Assembly (NCBI GenBank): GCA_963769425.1
Contig: CAVYLP010000004.1
Coordinates: forward strand, 160,001 to 224,000
Direction of reading: 5' to 3'
DNA from: Candidatus Bathyarchaeota archaeon
GTDB taxonomy: Archaea > Thermoproteota > Bathyarchaeia > TCS64
DNA: 64,000 bases
In this document: positions 1 to 10,855 of the stretch, in pieces
Layout of the letters: the number at the start of each line of letters is the position of its first letter
Position numbering within the stretch: position 1 is the stretch's first letter
The notes under the pieces: generated by a model
Databases searched by the model: none
The model's input: only the letters and a program-made list of their open reading frames with translations
Told to the model about the DNA's origin: nothing
Made by a program: the position numbers and the translations under genes

Positions 1-1024
1 CCTTTTATTATCCCCGTCATCTGGCGAAGGATGTAATCGGTGAGTATGAAGCCCTCGGGGATGTTGATCCTCTCCATCCCGCTGTTGCTGATGTCACGCT
101 CATGCTCAAGCGCAATCGATTCGAGGCTCGCGTTCACGCTCCCCCTGACGATCCGGGCGAGGCCACAGATACGCTCCGTGTTGCTCGGGTTCAACTTCTG
201 AGGCATCGTGCTGCTCGGACTCCGGACGGGTTCAGATATCTCCGCTATCTCCGTCCGCTGCAGGTTCCTGAGCTCCCGCCCCATCTTGTCCATCGTCCCT
301 GCAATGAGGGCGAGCAGACACTGCAGCTCAGCGTGGCGGTCCCTCTGGATTATCTGGTTCGTGATGAGGGCTGGCTCAAGCTTGAGCCTCTCCATGGTGA
401 GTCTCTGTATCTCGAAGCCCTTCTCCCCGAAGCTCGCCATCGTACCGACCGCGCCGCTCATCTTCCCCACCTCGACCCTCTTCCTAGTCTCGGCTAATCG
501 GTCCAAGTGGCGCGCTACCTCCGAGGCCCAGAGGGCGAATTTCATACCGTACGTCGTCGGGAGCGCGTGCTGTCCATGCGTCCGACCGATGCAGACGGTT
601 TCCCTGTGCTCCACCGCCTTGTCGAGGAGCACCTTCAGGAGCGCCTTGAGGTCACCCTCGATGATGTCCATGGCCCTTCGAAGCTGGAGGGCGAGCGCTG
701 TGTCCTCCGTGTCGTAGCTCGTAGCCCCTAGGTGGATGTAGCCGCCCGCGTCCCCCTCGCATACCTCCTGGAGCGCGTACACCATTGCGAGGAGGTCGTG
801 CTTCGTCTTCTCCTCAATCTCCTTGCACCGCTCTACCTTGACGACTCCGACCTTCGCCTTGCTCTCGATCTCAACGGCGCAGTGCCTCGGGATTGTGCCC
901 AGCTCAGCGTGCGCCCACGCCAGCGCGACCTCCACGTCGAGCCAACTCTGCAGCTTCGCCTCCTCGGTGAAGACTCGTACATCTCGTGGTACCTGTACCG
1001 GAACTCAATGGGGTGGACGGGCAA
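1..1024 (-). CDS. purB: adenylosuccinate lyase, frameshift near 973, 3' end beyond the window edge
   Basis: N-terminus MPVHPIEFRY, then after a 1-nt shift manual translation gives WLDVEVALA..HDLLAMV..IHLGATSYD..GRTHGQHA..SSTMPQKLNP (fumarase/ASL signature). Confidence 0.9.
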
Positions 1025-1137
1025 AGCGATCAGCTAAAGGTGGCGGCTTTCGGCGGATAAGTGTTGAGACCCAGCCATACGGACACGTCCAAAATCTTAT
1101 GCACCACCGTTAGAGAGGATACCCCTGAACGACCATG

Positions 1138-1551
1138 ATGAAGGACCTCAAGGTAACCCTGGAGAACCGACCCGGGACGCTGGCCGACCTCAGTGAGGCG
1201 CTCGGAGACGCTGGGGTCAACATCGAGGGTATCTGCGGCTTCGCCCGTGAGGTTAAGGGGAGCGAGGACCGCGAGTTCGTGACACACGTAGCCCACATAC
1301 TCGTCGACGACGCCACCAACGCCAAGAGGGCACTCAAGGCCGCGGGAATTAAGATCGAGGAGGAGCGCGAGGCTGTCGTTATAGACATGAAGGACCGCCC
1401 AAGCGAGCTCGCAGCCGTTGCCCGCCGTATGGCGGATTCCGGAGTAAACATAGAGTTCTTCTACACCGCGACCCGCACACGCATGGTACTCGGCGTATCA
1501 GACACAGAGAAGGCTTGCAAGCTCCTCGACGTCAAGTATGCCCCCGCGTAG
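1138..1551 (+). CDS. tandem ACT-domain protein
   Basis: two ACT repeats (LENRPGTLADL..GVNIEG; MKDRPSELAAV..GVNIEF). Confidence 0.85.
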   Translation: MKDLKVTLENRPGTLADLSEALGDAGVNIEGICGFAREVKGSEDREFVTHVAHILVDDATNAKRALKAAGIKIEEEREAVVIDMKDRPSELAAVARRMADSGVNIEFFYTATRTRMVLGVSDTEKACKLLDVKYAPA

Positions 1552-1618
1552 CCTCGCGGACCTACCCTTTTATACCACCACCAACAGCGTAATTTCAGCA
1601 AAAAGCGGGGATACTTCG

Positions 1619-2416
1619 TTGAGTGTCGGTCTTAACATCGTCATTTGCATAAAGCAGGTCCCTGAGACCACCGAGGTGGAGTTCGACAAGGAAACTGGCC
1701 GCCTCAAGCGCGAGGGCGTCGCGGCGGTTATCAACCCCTTCGACGAGTTCGCCATAGAGACCGGTCTACGCCTAAGGGAGAAGAACGGCGGCCGCGTCAA
1801 GGCGATAAGCATGGGCCCACCCATGGCCGAGCAGGCGCTACGCGACGCCATCGCCATGGGCTGCGACGAAGGCTGGCTAGTAAGCGACCGTGTCTTCGGC
1901 GGAGCAGACACCTGGGCAACGAGCCTCACACTAGCCAAGAGCATCCAGCTCACCGGCCCCCACGACATAATCATCTGCGGCCTCAAGACCACCGACGGAG
2001 ACACCGGTCAGGTAGGCCCTGAGATGGCGGAGCACCTCGGAGAGCCCTGCATAAGCTATGTCAGTCAGATACTCGACGTAAAAGACGGAAAAGTCACACT
2101 GAAGAGGAACCTTGACGATGGGGTCGAGACGCTGGAGGCGCCCCTTCCTCTGATTATCACCGTTAGCAAGGATGTGGGGCAGCCCCGCCTCGCAACCCTC
2201 CGCGGCAGACTCGCCGCAAAGAAGGCCACAATCAAGACCATCACAAACAAGGAGATGGCGATGAACCCCAAGGAGCTCGGCCTAGACGGCAGCTACACGC
2301 GTGTTACCAAGATATTCACGCCAGAACCCCACGCCGGGGGCGAGGTGATAGAGGGCACACCCGATCAACTCGCAGACGCCATATACCAGAAGCTCAAGGA
2401 GGCCAAGATAGTATGA
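1619..2416 (+). CDS. etfB: electron transfer flavoprotein beta subunit
   Basis: IVICIKQVP, INPFDEFA, GADTWATS, DGDTGQVGP motifs; TTG start at 1619. Confidence 0.95.
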   Translation: MSVGLNIVICIKQVPETTEVEFDKETGRLKREGVAAVINPFDEFAIETGLRLREKNGGRVKAISMGPPMAEQALRDAIAMGCDEGWLVSDRVFGGADTWATSLTLAKSIQLTGPHDIIICGLKTTDGDTGQVGPEMAEHLGEPCISYVSQILDVKDGKVTLKRNLDDGVETLEAPLPLIITVSKDVGQPRLATLRGRLAAKKATIKTITNKEMAMNPKELGLDGSYTRVTKIFTPEPHAGGEVIEGTPDQLADAIYQKLKEAKIV

Positions 2417-3612
2417 GCAAGCTGGTGAACGTAGGCGACGCCTGCACCGGCTGCGAGGTCTGCGTCTCCGCCTGCCCATTCGGCGCAATCACAATCGTCG
2501 GCGGCAAGGCACAGATCAGCGACGCCTGCAGAGTCTGCGGAGCCTGCGAGCCCGCCTGCCCCATGAAGGCAATCACAATCAAGAAATCAGATGCCCCCCA
2601 GAACTTCGCTGACTGGCGCGGTGTCCTCGTCTACGCCGAGCAACGCGAGGGCATGGTCCACCCAGTCGCCTACGAGCTACTTGGAAGGGGCAAGGAACTC
2701 GCGACAACCCTCGGGGAACCCGTATACGCCATCGTCATAGGTACCGGCCTAGACAGGGCCGCGGAGGAGTTGGTTAAACGCGGCGCGGACAAGGTCCTCG
2801 TCTACGACCACCCAAGCCTCGCCACATACCGCGACGACCCCTACTCCCAGATACTCACGGAGGCCACAAAGGAACTTAAGCCCAGCATCTTCCTCATCGG
2901 CGCAACATCCATAGGCAGAACGTTAGGCCCACGCGTCGCCGCCATGCTCAGGACCGGACTAACCGCCGACTGCACCAGCCTCGACATCGACCCGCAGATG
3001 AAGGTACTCCTCCAGACCCGCCCTGCATACGGCGGAAACATCATGGCCACCATTTACACCCAGAACAGTCGCCCACAGATGGCCACCGTCCGCTACAAGG
3101 TCATGACCGAGGCCAAGATCGACCCCGCCCACATCGGCGAGGTAGTTAAGAAGCAGGTCGACCCAGCGAGACTGCAGGACCGCGTCAAAGTCCTCGGCTT
3201 CGAGGCGGCGAAGGAGCAGGTGAGCATCGTGGACGCAGACGTGGTCGTCAGCGGCGGCAAGGGCCTCGGTGAGCCGAAGGGCTTCGAGCTCATCAAGCAG
3301 CTCGCCGACGCGCTCGGTGGCGCCGTTGGCGCGAGTCGCCCAACCGTCGATGAGGGGTGGATTGAGTACAGGCACCAGGTAGGTCTCAGCGGCCGCACCG
3401 TCCGGCCCAAGCTCTACGTGGCCTGCGGCATCAGCGGGGCTGTCCAGCATCAGGCTGGCATGAAGACGAGCGATGTGATCATCGCCATAAACAAGGACAG
3501 AGAGGCCCCCATATGCAGGATAAGCACCCTCGCCGCAGTCGGTGACCTTTATGAGGTGGTGCCGCGCCTCATAGAGAAGATTAAGGAGCAGAAAGTCCGT
3601 GGCACACCCTAG
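2413..3612 (+). CDS. etfA: electron transfer flavoprotein alpha subunit with N-terminal 2x[4Fe-4S] ferredoxin domain
   Basis: two CxxCxxCxxxCP motifs, then GLTADCT, RPAYGGN, QVGLSGRTV, GISGAVQH. Confidence 0.95.
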   Translation: MSKLVNVGDACTGCEVCVSACPFGAITIVGGKAQISDACRVCGACEPACPMKAITIKKSDAPQNFADWRGVLVYAEQREGMVHPVAYELLGRGKELATTLGEPVYAIVIGTGLDRAAEELVKRGADKVLVYDHPSLATYRDDPYSQILTEATKELKPSIFLIGATSIGRTLGPRVAAMLRTGLTADCTSLDIDPQMKVLLQTRPAYGGNIMATIYTQNSRPQMATVRYKVMTEAKIDPAHIGEVVKKQVDPARLQDRVKVLGFEAAKEQVSIVDADVVVSGGKGLGEPKGFELIKQLADALGGAVGASRPTVDEGWIEYRHQVGLSGRTVRPKLYVACGISGAVQHQAGMKTSDVIIAINKDREAPICRISTLAAVGDLYEVVPRLIEKIKEQKVRGTP

Positions 3613-4993
3613 GATCGACGAGGAAATCAAACACGCTCTAGAAGCCATCGTTGGCGCCAAGAACGTCTCATTCTCAAAGGACGACATCGAGAAGGCCTCA
3701 GTGGACGAAAGTCCCCTTGAGCCACACCCACCAGAAGTTGTCGTGAAACCAATCACCAGTGCTGAAGTCTCCGAGATTATGAGGCTCGCCAACGAGAAGT
3801 TAATTCCAGTCGTCGCGCAGGGCAGCCGAACCGGCCTCGCAGGCGCAAGCCACCCCATCCGCGGAGGCATCGCACTCAGCCTCGAGCGCATGAATAGGAT
3901 TCTAGAGATCGACGAGGAGAACCTCATGGCGGTTGTGGAACCCGCAGTGCTAGTAGACGACGTTCACAAAGCGGTGGAGAAGGTAGGCCTATACTACCCC
4001 CCTGATCCGGGGCAGGAGTCTGGGAGCATCGGGGGTAACATAAACACAAACGCCGGTGGGATGCGCGCCCTCAAGTATGGTACAACCCGCGACTACGTCC
4101 AGGCACTAGAGATTGTGCTCCCCAACGGGGAAGTCATCAACGTCGGCGGCAAGGTGGTCAAGGACACCACTGGATACAGTCTCCTCGACTTAATCGTGGG
4201 CTCAGAGGGCACGCTAGGTATCGTGACCAAGGCGACGCTCCGCCTCGTCCCGAAGCCAAAGTACACCGCCCTCATCTACGCCCCGTTCGACTCGACACAC
4301 GACGCCGCCAAGGCCGTCAGCGAAGTCATCCGTAAAAAGGTCCAGCCCTTCGCACTCGAGCTGATGAGCAGACACGCCGTCGAGACCGTCGAGCGCTACT
4401 TAGAGCGAAAGCTCCCCGATGACACCCACCCCGCCTACCTGATAGTCGGCGTCGAGTCAAACAGCGAGGCAGAGCTGGGAACCCAGCTTGAGACGGCTGG
4501 GGAGGTCTGCATCGAAAACGGAGCTGTGGACGCCTACATTGCAGACACGGCGGAGAAGCAGCGCCAGATGTGGGAGGCGCGGAAGGCTGTCTACGACGCT
4601 TATAATACCCTTTATGAGGTGGACGAGGCGGACATCTGCGTCCCGAGGAGCTCTATCCCCGCCTTTATGGACCGCCTCGACGAGATCGGTGCACGGCACG
4701 GTGTGCAGATAATCCCCGTAGGCCACGCGGGGGACGGCAACATCCACTGCAACGTCATCCGCCTCGGCGGCACCGACGAGAAGTGGCACGAGGAGCTGGA
4801 GGCCACTATCAGCGACCTCATTGACCTCGGGCTCAGCATGGGCGGGACAGTCAGCGGGGAGCACGGCCTCGGCTACACGAAGCGCCTCTACCTCGTCAAG
4901 AAGGTGGGCGCGAAGCAGATAGAGTTGATGAAGGGGATAAAGAGGGTCTTCGACCCCAATGGCATCCTCAATCCAGACAAGATCTGGGGCTGA
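3599..4993 (+). CDS. FAD-linked 2-hydroxyacid dehydrogenase (GlcD/LctD family)
   Basis: GGNINTNAGG, GSEGTLG, HAGDGNIH, GEHGLG, DPNGILNP. Confidence 0.9.
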   Translation: MAHPRIDEEIKHALEAIVGAKNVSFSKDDIEKASVDESPLEPHPPEVVVKPITSAEVSEIMRLANEKLIPVVAQGSRTGLAGASHPIRGGIALSLERMNRILEIDEENLMAVVEPAVLVDDVHKAVEKVGLYYPPDPGQESGSIGGNINTNAGGMRALKYGTTRDYVQALEIVLPNGEVINVGGKVVKDTTGYSLLDLIVGSEGTLGIVTKATLRLVPKPKYTALIYAPFDSTHDAAKAVSEVIRKKVQPFALELMSRHAVETVERYLERKLPDDTHPAYLIVGVESNSEAELGTQLETAGEVCIENGAVDAYIADTAEKQRQMWEARKAVYDAYNTLYEVDEADICVPRSSIPAFMDRLDEIGARHGVQIIPVGHAGDGNIHCNVIRLGGTDEKWHEELEATISDLIDLGLSMGGTVSGEHGLGYTKRLYLVKKVGAKQIELMKGIKRVFDPNGILNPDKIWG

Positions 4994-5042
4994 CCCTACC
5001 GATAGTTTAAAGATTTCTCACACTCATCTCCACCTGATTCAA

Positions 5043-5195
5043 TTGTCTGGTCTCGACGTACAGGGTGAGATCGTTCAACTCAGGGAGAGGGTGACGCGGC
5101 TTGAGACGCGCCTCGACGAGTTGGTGAAGAAGATGGACGCGTTGTCCGCGTACCAGAGGCAGCTGTACGACTACCTTCAGAGCCAGCGAAGGTAG
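5043..5195 (+). CDS. small coiled-coil protein
   Basis: heptad pattern LRERVTRLETRLDELVKKMD; TTG start. Confidence 0.5.
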   Translation: MSGLDVQGEIVQLRERVTRLETRLDELVKKMDALSAYQRQLYDYLQSQRR

Positions 5196-5615
5196 CTAGA
5201 CCGGTGGCGGTGGGGGTGGCGGGGAGACCTCAGCTGACGCCCTCCCCGTGAACCAGTTGACAACGTTTGGTCTTGTTAGGTAGTAGATTATCGCGCCGTC
5301 TATTACAACAAACACTATCCCAATCGGAAGTGTGGCGAGTCCACTCAGCACGCCGAGTGCTGAGACGATGATTCCAATCCACCTTGCCCAATTCTTGCCT
5401 GTTAACAATCCCCAGGCGATGACGAAGGTTATAATTGCGAGGACGATGAACACACCGCTCGCTACGCCGCTAATCGCAGTATACATCTCGCCGTAAGCGG
5501 CGAAGTATGGGGCCAGAGCCACAAAGCTGACTCCACCGAGTAGATAGAATAAACCCGCGATGATCTCAAGCGCCGCTATGATCGTTACACTCATCGGTCT
5601 TTGACCCATAACCAA
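5196..5615 (-). CDS. 4-TM membrane protein with poly-Pro tail
   Basis: hydrophobic segments; RP-x-SVTIIA start and YYLTRPNV end. Confidence 0.75.
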   Translation of the reverse strand: MVMGQRPMSVTIIAALEIIAGLFYLLGGVSFVALAPYFAAYGEMYTAISGVASGVFIVLAIITFVIAWGLLTGKNWARWIGIIVSALGVLSGLATLPIGIVFVVIDGAIIYYLTRPNVVNWFTGRASAEVSPPPPPPPV

Positions 5616-5703
5616 TCACAATTCACCAGCTTTACTTCAATTGAATTATATATATAACATTTAGACTCGGAGGATGAGGGTGATGTGGACCTCCGGGTCG
5701 CAC

Positions 5704-6117
5704 TCAGTATTCGCGGTAAGCCTCGGCGAGTGGGTGGCCGATGTTGGTCAGCGTGAAGCTCTTGTACCACCCGAAGGGGCTCCTGTGGGCCTCGAAGCCC
5801 TCCGTCTGGAGCGCCTCCTGCAGCTTCTTCAGGAACTCCTTGGCGAGGCGGGGGGAGCCGAGCTGTTTGCTCAGGTGCGCGTATGGGTGAATGAGGACCC
5901 GCTTCGTCCCTATCCTCCCAGTGTCTACCTTGATGTTCTCCACGTACGCCTTCATGATCTCCTCCATCTTCGTCTCGTCTTGCTTCTCAAAGCACGTGAG
6001 GCAGACGAGGACGTTCTCAAGGCTCTCTGCCTTAGGGTTCGGGGGTTGCTCGGCGACAGGAGTCTCCTTCTTAACCTCGTAGCTGAAGTTACTGCAGTGT
6101 AGCTGGAGGACTCTCAT
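5704..6117 (-). CDS. free-standing archaeal threonyl-tRNA synthetase editing domain
   Basis: MRVLQLHC start, HPYAHLS, RSPFGWYKSF, GHPLAE motifs of the archaeal ThrRS editing domain; stop directly after the domain. Confidence 0.88.
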   Translation of the reverse strand: MRVLQLHCSNFSYEVKKETPVAEQPPNPKAESLENVLVCLTCFEKQDETKMEEIMKAYVENIKVDTGRIGTKRVLIHPYAHLSKQLGSPRLAKEFLKKLQEALQTEGFEAHRSPFGWYKSFTLTNIGHPLAEAYREY

Positions 6118-6191
6118 AGCTGGTGAGCGGCGCAACGAAGTTTTAAGCCGTTTGCTCAACACCGGTGGAGATATCACGAAAAAGTATTTGG

Positions 6192-7955
6192 TTATTCTCG
6201 GCGAAGGACCTTGCCAGGGGTCGCGCTAGTGTGTTTCGCCTTCGCTACAACGAGTTTGCCGTTCACAACGACATACTCGATCCCCTTCGGGTAGACACGT
6301 GGGTTGAGTGAGGTTCCGCAATCGGTGATCGTATCGAGGTTGAATATTGTGATGTCGGCGTAGGCGCCTTCCTTGAGTATGCCGCGGTCCTTGAGCCTGA
6401 ACTTGTTAGCTGGTAGGCTCGTTATCTTTCGGATCGCCTCCTCGAGGGTGACTATCTTTGCCTCGCGTACGCAGGTGCGGAGATAGCGGGGGTGGCCTCC
6501 AAAGGTGTTCTCGTTCGGGAGGATGCCTGGGGGTGTCTTTATCTCCCACTTGTCGTCGATGCCAAAGGTGTCCACCCCGATCATGGCTGCTGGGTGCTTG
6601 ACAAGCATCATGAAGCCGGGTACGCCCCCCGCCATGTTCGCCCTCGTGTGGGGGTCGACGCGGAGCACCTCCATGAGGGCGTCGAGGTCCCCAACCTTGA
6701 GTTCCTCCGCTATCTGGGCTATGGTCTTGCCCGTGAATGTCTTCTCCTTGCACTCGGCGACGATGGGACCCATCGCCCAGTTGGGGATGAGGTTTGGGTT
6801 GAGGTTGTACCACTTGCCCGACATGATTGTTGCTTTGATCTCCTCTCTGAGGGCGGGCATAGCGAGGGCTTTACCTAATTGATCGAGGCTCCCCGCGATC
6901 CTCAACCACGGCATCAGCGCCGATGCGAGGTAAGGAGTGGAGTAGATGCCGCCGGTGGTGTTTGGGATGAGGTCGAAGTTCACATCAAGTCCCTCACCAC
7001 GTGCGTCATCAATCGCCTTGAGAGTGGCTTTCGCCGACGCCTCCGCCATCTCCCTGTTACCCGGGGGGTATACGTCATAGAGTGGGCTGAGGTGGCTCAC
7101 CTCGACTGGTATCTTCGCCCTCCTCCCCACGTCGATAGCCTCTAGGACTCCCCCGATCTTCGGCGGGGAGGGTTCGCCTGGGCGCCTCTCCTCTCTTAGC
7201 CCGGTGCGGAGGCTGTGGCTCGTGTAGATACCGCCGTACCTCGCAGCGATCTCAGCGCAGGCGACCAGCTCCGAGGTCTCCGCCCAGTAGCCGGGATTGT
7301 AGTCCCTGCCGACGCTGAGACCCCTGCAGCCGTCCTCCATCGCGCGGGCGACATGCTCTAGCATCACGGTGGTCTCCTTCTTCGTTGCCTTCCGGCGGTA
7401 GTCCCTTCCCATTACGAGGTACCGGATGTCGCCGTGGCCGGCTATTGGGACGAGGTTCGCGGATGTCCCCTTCGCCGCAACGCGCTCCATCCACTCGCCG
7501 AGGGTCCTCCAGTCTATCTCCCAGCCGTATACCTCCTTGTGCAGCTCGTTGACCTTGTCGAGGGGCTGCAGGTGCTCACCATAGTACATGTCGGGGGCGA
7601 TGCGCCAGTAGAGGTCGTATAGGAAGTAGGCGGCGTCGATGTAGTCCCCGTAGGGGCCGGGGCTTGTACCGCAGTTGCCGCCGACGAAGGTTGTCACCCC
7701 TTGTCGGACCCAGCTCTCCGCCTTGGGGTAGTAGAGGATGCTGCAGTCGCCGTGGTTGTGGGCGTCTATGAAGCCGGGGGAGACGACGAGGCCTCTGGCG
7801 TCGACCACCTCCTTGGCGTCGACCCTGAGGTCCCCCTCAACCCTGCCAACGGCCTGTATCCTCTCACCGCTCACCGCGACTGCCCCCTCGAAGGAGGGTG
7901 CGCCGGTACCGTCAACGATCCTCGCATTCTTGATCAGGAGATCGCACTCGGGCAT
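6192..7955 (-). CDS. N-acyl-D-amino-acid deacylase family amidohydrolase
   Basis: IVDGTG, PGFIDAHNH, GNCG, RGILKEGAYADI. Confidence 0.88.
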   Translation of the reverse strand: MPECDLLIKNARIVDGTGAPSFEGAVAVSGERIQAVGRVEGDLRVDAKEVVDARGLVVSPGFIDAHNHGDCSILYYPKAESWVRQGVTTFVGGNCGTSPGPYGDYIDAAYFLYDLYWRIAPDMYYGEHLQPLDKVNELHKEVYGWEIDWRTLGEWMERVAAKGTSANLVPIAGHGDIRYLVMGRDYRRKATKKETTVMLEHVARAMEDGCRGLSVGRDYNPGYWAETSELVACAEIAARYGGIYTSHSLRTGLREERRPGEPSPPKIGGVLEAIDVGRRAKIPVEVSHLSPLYDVYPPGNREMAEASAKATLKAIDDARGEGLDVNFDLIPNTTGGIYSTPYLASALMPWLRIAGSLDQLGKALAMPALREEIKATIMSGKWYNLNPNLIPNWAMGPIVAECKEKTFTGKTIAQIAEELKVGDLDALMEVLRVDPHTRANMAGGVPGFMMLVKHPAAMIGVDTFGIDDKWEIKTPPGILPNENTFGGHPRYLRTCVREAKIVTLEEAIRKITSLPANKFRLKDRGILKEGAYADITIFNLDTITDCGTSLNPRVYPKGIEYVVVNGKLVVAKAKHTSATPGKVLRRE

Positions 7956-8002
7956 GACCCATCGGTGAAGAGTAGTTCTTTGGGGTTAAGAAGCTGCGGA
8001 CC

Positions 8003-9163
8003 TCAGAGCGCCATTCGGTAGAGAGCGACTATCTCCTCGGGGGTAGCCCTCCGTGGGTTGTTGCCGGGGCTGCCGCTGGCGATTGCGTCGGCCGCCATCT
8101 TATCGACCACCGACTCGAACTTCGCCATGTCGATTCCGAGGCCGCGTAGGCTGGGTATCTGGAGGTCAGAGTTGAGACTCCTCACGGCGGAGACCGTTTT
8201 CTTAGCTGCCTCTTCAGTTGTGAGGCCCCCAGTCTCCTCCCCAATCGCCATCGCGATCTCCGCGTATCGGCCCGGGTTACCGGGGACGCTCCACTCGATT
8301 ACTGTGGGGAGTAGGACGGCGTTTGAGACACCGTGGGCGATGTGGAAGTAGGCTCCGATTGGGCGCGCCATGCCGTGGACGAGGGCTACGGAGGAGTTCG
8401 CGAAGGCGAGACCCGCCTGGAGCGCCCCCATGAGCATGTTGCCCCGAGCGGGAAGGTCGTCGGGGTGCTGGTACGCGTCGCGGATGTTCTTCGAGATGAG
8501 ACTGATGGCGCGGAGGGCGAGTGTGTCCGTGAGGGGCTGCGCCCGGGTAGAAACGTAGGCCTCTATGGCGTGGGTTAGGGCGTCGAGCCCCGTCGCCGCG
8601 GTTATGCTCCTCGGCATCTTCACTGTCATCATAGGATCGACTAGGGCAACCGCGGGCAATAGCCTAGGGCTGGAGATGAGCATCTTCACGTCTGTCTCGG
8701 TGTTTGTGATGATAGTGAATGGGGTGACCTCGCTCCCCGTCCCCGCAGTGGTTGGGATAGCCACGAGTGGGGTGCAGGGTCGTGGTATCTTGTTCGCCCC
8801 CATATAGTCGCTTATCCTCCCCGGGTTCGAGGAGAGAACCGCGATAGCCTTACCGGTGTCTATGGGGCTTCCGCCTCCAACGGCGACGATTAAATCGGTC
8901 GCTGACTCCTTGAACGCTCTCAAGCCTTCCTCGACGTATTCTACAGTCGGCTCGGTGACGACTTTGTCGTAGATCGAGTAACCGACTCCGGCGGCGTCGA
9001 GGGATGCCTTCACATCAGTGAGTAGCCCGATCTTCTCAAGATTCGAGTCCGTGACTATCAGAGCACGTTTTCCGAGCTGCCTTGCGTGATCTCCAACCTC
9101 CTTCGAGGCTCCGATGCCCGTGCTGATGATGTTGGGTGACCTAAATTGCCTCGCCTGACTCAT
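8003..9163 (-). CDS. iron-containing alcohol dehydrogenase
   Basis: GGGSPID, PTTAGTGSE, DALTHAIE, HG..H..HG iron ligands. Confidence 0.93.
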   Translation of the reverse strand: MSQARQFRSPNIISTGIGASKEVGDHARQLGKRALIVTDSNLEKIGLLTDVKASLDAAGVGYSIYDKVVTEPTVEYVEEGLRAFKESATDLIVAVGGGSPIDTGKAIAVLSSNPGRISDYMGANKIPRPCTPLVAIPTTAGTGSEVTPFTIITNTETDVKMLISSPRLLPAVALVDPMMTVKMPRSITAATGLDALTHAIEAYVSTRAQPLTDTLALRAISLISKNIRDAYQHPDDLPARGNMLMGALQAGLAFANSSVALVHGMARPIGAYFHIAHGVSNAVLLPTVIEWSVPGNPGRYAEIAMAIGEETGGLTTEEAAKKTVSAVRSLNSDLQIPSLRGLGIDMAKFESVVDKMAADAIASGSPGNNPRRATPEEIVALYRMAL

Positions 9164-9226
9164 CTACTACACCTTCCTAGTCGTAACATTGCTGTGTGGT
9201 CGTTAACCTTTTTCCCCTGAGCGTGT

Positions 9227-10843
9227 ATGGTGGTGGCGATGTGGTTCAACTCGCGCCGCTCCCCCGTCTACGGGACCCGGGGCGCGGTCGCATCGAGCCA
9301 GCCCCTCGCCAGCGAGGCAGGCATGAGGATACTCCAGAGGGGTGGTAACGCAGCAGACGCCGCAGTCGCTGTCGCCGCAGCTCTCAACGTCACCGAGCCA
9401 TGCAGCACGGGCATGGGCGGCGACTGCTTCGCACTGTTCTTCGACGTAAACAAGGGACGCGTTCTCGGTCTCAACGGTAGCGGAAGGGCGCCCATGGGAC
9501 TAACCCCTGAGAGGCTCCTCGCGGAGGGGATTGCGAAGATGCCCTCAAATGGTGTTCACACAGTCACCGTCCCCGGAGCGGTCGCCGGGTGGGTTGACGC
9601 CATTGAGAGATTCGGCACACTCACCATGGGTGATGTTCTCGCCCCTGCCATCGAGTTGGCTGAGGGTGGCTACCCCGTCTCCCCAATCACCGCTCGTGCC
9701 TGGGCGAACGGCGTCCCCTTCCTCAAGTCGGGGCCGTACGGGGACGAGATGCTCGTAAACGGTAGAGCACCCGGAGCGGGGGAGTTGATGAAGAACCCGA
9801 CGCTCGCCCGTAGCATGCGTGAGGTCGTCGAGCACGGCAAGGCGGGCTTCTACGAGGGCAGGATCGCCGAGGCGATAGTCGAGCTGCTCCACCTCAAGGG
9901 GGGCACAATGACCCTGGAGGATCTGAGGAGACACCAGACGACCTTCGATGAGCCAATCACCGTTAATTACCGAGGCATCGATGTCTGGGAGATTCCTCCA
10001 AATGGGCAGGGGATAACAGCCCTCATCGCCCTCAACATTGTCGAGGGATTCAATCTATCAAAGCTTCATTACGATTCCCCGCAGAGGCTTCACCTCCTGA
10101 TCGAGGCGATACGCACCGCCTTCGCCGACACCCGCTGGTACGTTGCCGATCCCTCCGTCACTCATGTCCCTATCAAGGGGCTCATCTCAAAGGACTACGC
10201 CGCCGAGAGGCGACAGCACATAAACCCCCTCAAGGCAACTCTTGACAGGGTACACGGCTCACCCGTAGCGGGCAGCGACACGGTCTACTTCTGCATAGTC
10301 GACAGGTGGGGAAACGCCTGCAGCTTCATAAACAGCAACTACGCCGGCTTTGGCACCGGCCTAATCCCTCGTGGATGCGGTTTCACCCTCCAGAACAGGG
10401 GGGCTGGTTTCAGCCTCGATAAGGGGCACCCTAACATCCTCGCCCCGGGTAAGAGACCATACCACACGATCATCCCCGGCATGATGACAAGGGATGGTGA
10501 ACTCCACGGCCCATTCGGGGTCATGGGCGGTTTCATGCAGCCTCAGGGTCACCTACAGGTCATCACCAACATGGTCGACTTTAATATGGACCCGCAGGAG
10601 GCGCTTAATGCTCCTCGTTTCTGTATCTTGGATGGCACCACTGGTGGCAAGGTGAGCCTAGAGGAGGGGATATCAGTCGAGACGATGGCCACCCTCGCCA
10701 GGATGGGGCACGAGATAATACCAGTCGCAGGCCCCAATCGCGTCAGTTTCGGCAAGGGGCAAATAATCCTCAGAAACCCAAAGACTGGTGCACTCACAGC
10801 CGGCAGCGACCCGAGGGGCGACGGGCAGGCACTCGGCTGGTAG
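9227..10843 (+). CDS. ggt: gamma-glutamyltransferase family protein
   Basis: GGNAADAA, Thr nucleophile in DTVYF, KRPYHTIIP, GGFMQPQG, SDPRGDG. Confidence 0.92.
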   Translation: MVVAMWFNSRRSPVYGTRGAVASSQPLASEAGMRILQRGGNAADAAVAVAAALNVTEPCSTGMGGDCFALFFDVNKGRVLGLNGSGRAPMGLTPERLLAEGIAKMPSNGVHTVTVPGAVAGWVDAIERFGTLTMGDVLAPAIELAEGGYPVSPITARAWANGVPFLKSGPYGDEMLVNGRAPGAGELMKNPTLARSMREVVEHGKAGFYEGRIAEAIVELLHLKGGTMTLEDLRRHQTTFDEPITVNYRGIDVWEIPPNGQGITALIALNIVEGFNLSKLHYDSPQRLHLLIEAIRTAFADTRWYVADPSVTHVPIKGLISKDYAAERRQHINPLKATLDRVHGSPVAGSDTVYFCIVDRWGNACSFINSNYAGFGTGLIPRGCGFTLQNRGAGFSLDKGHPNILAPGKRPYHTIIPGMMTRDGELHGPFGVMGGFMQPQGHLQVITNMVDFNMDPQEALNAPRFCILDGTTGGKVSLEEGISVETMATLARMGHEIIPVAGPNRVSFGKGQIILRNPKTGALTAGSDPRGDGQALGW

Positions 10844-10855
10844 GGGGCATCAGGG

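Noticed and set aside
102-1113. Long plus-strand ORFs here and similar shadows opposite etfA, rhaAB and ppdK
   Set aside because: Antisense or alternate-frame shadows of well-supported GC-rich genes.
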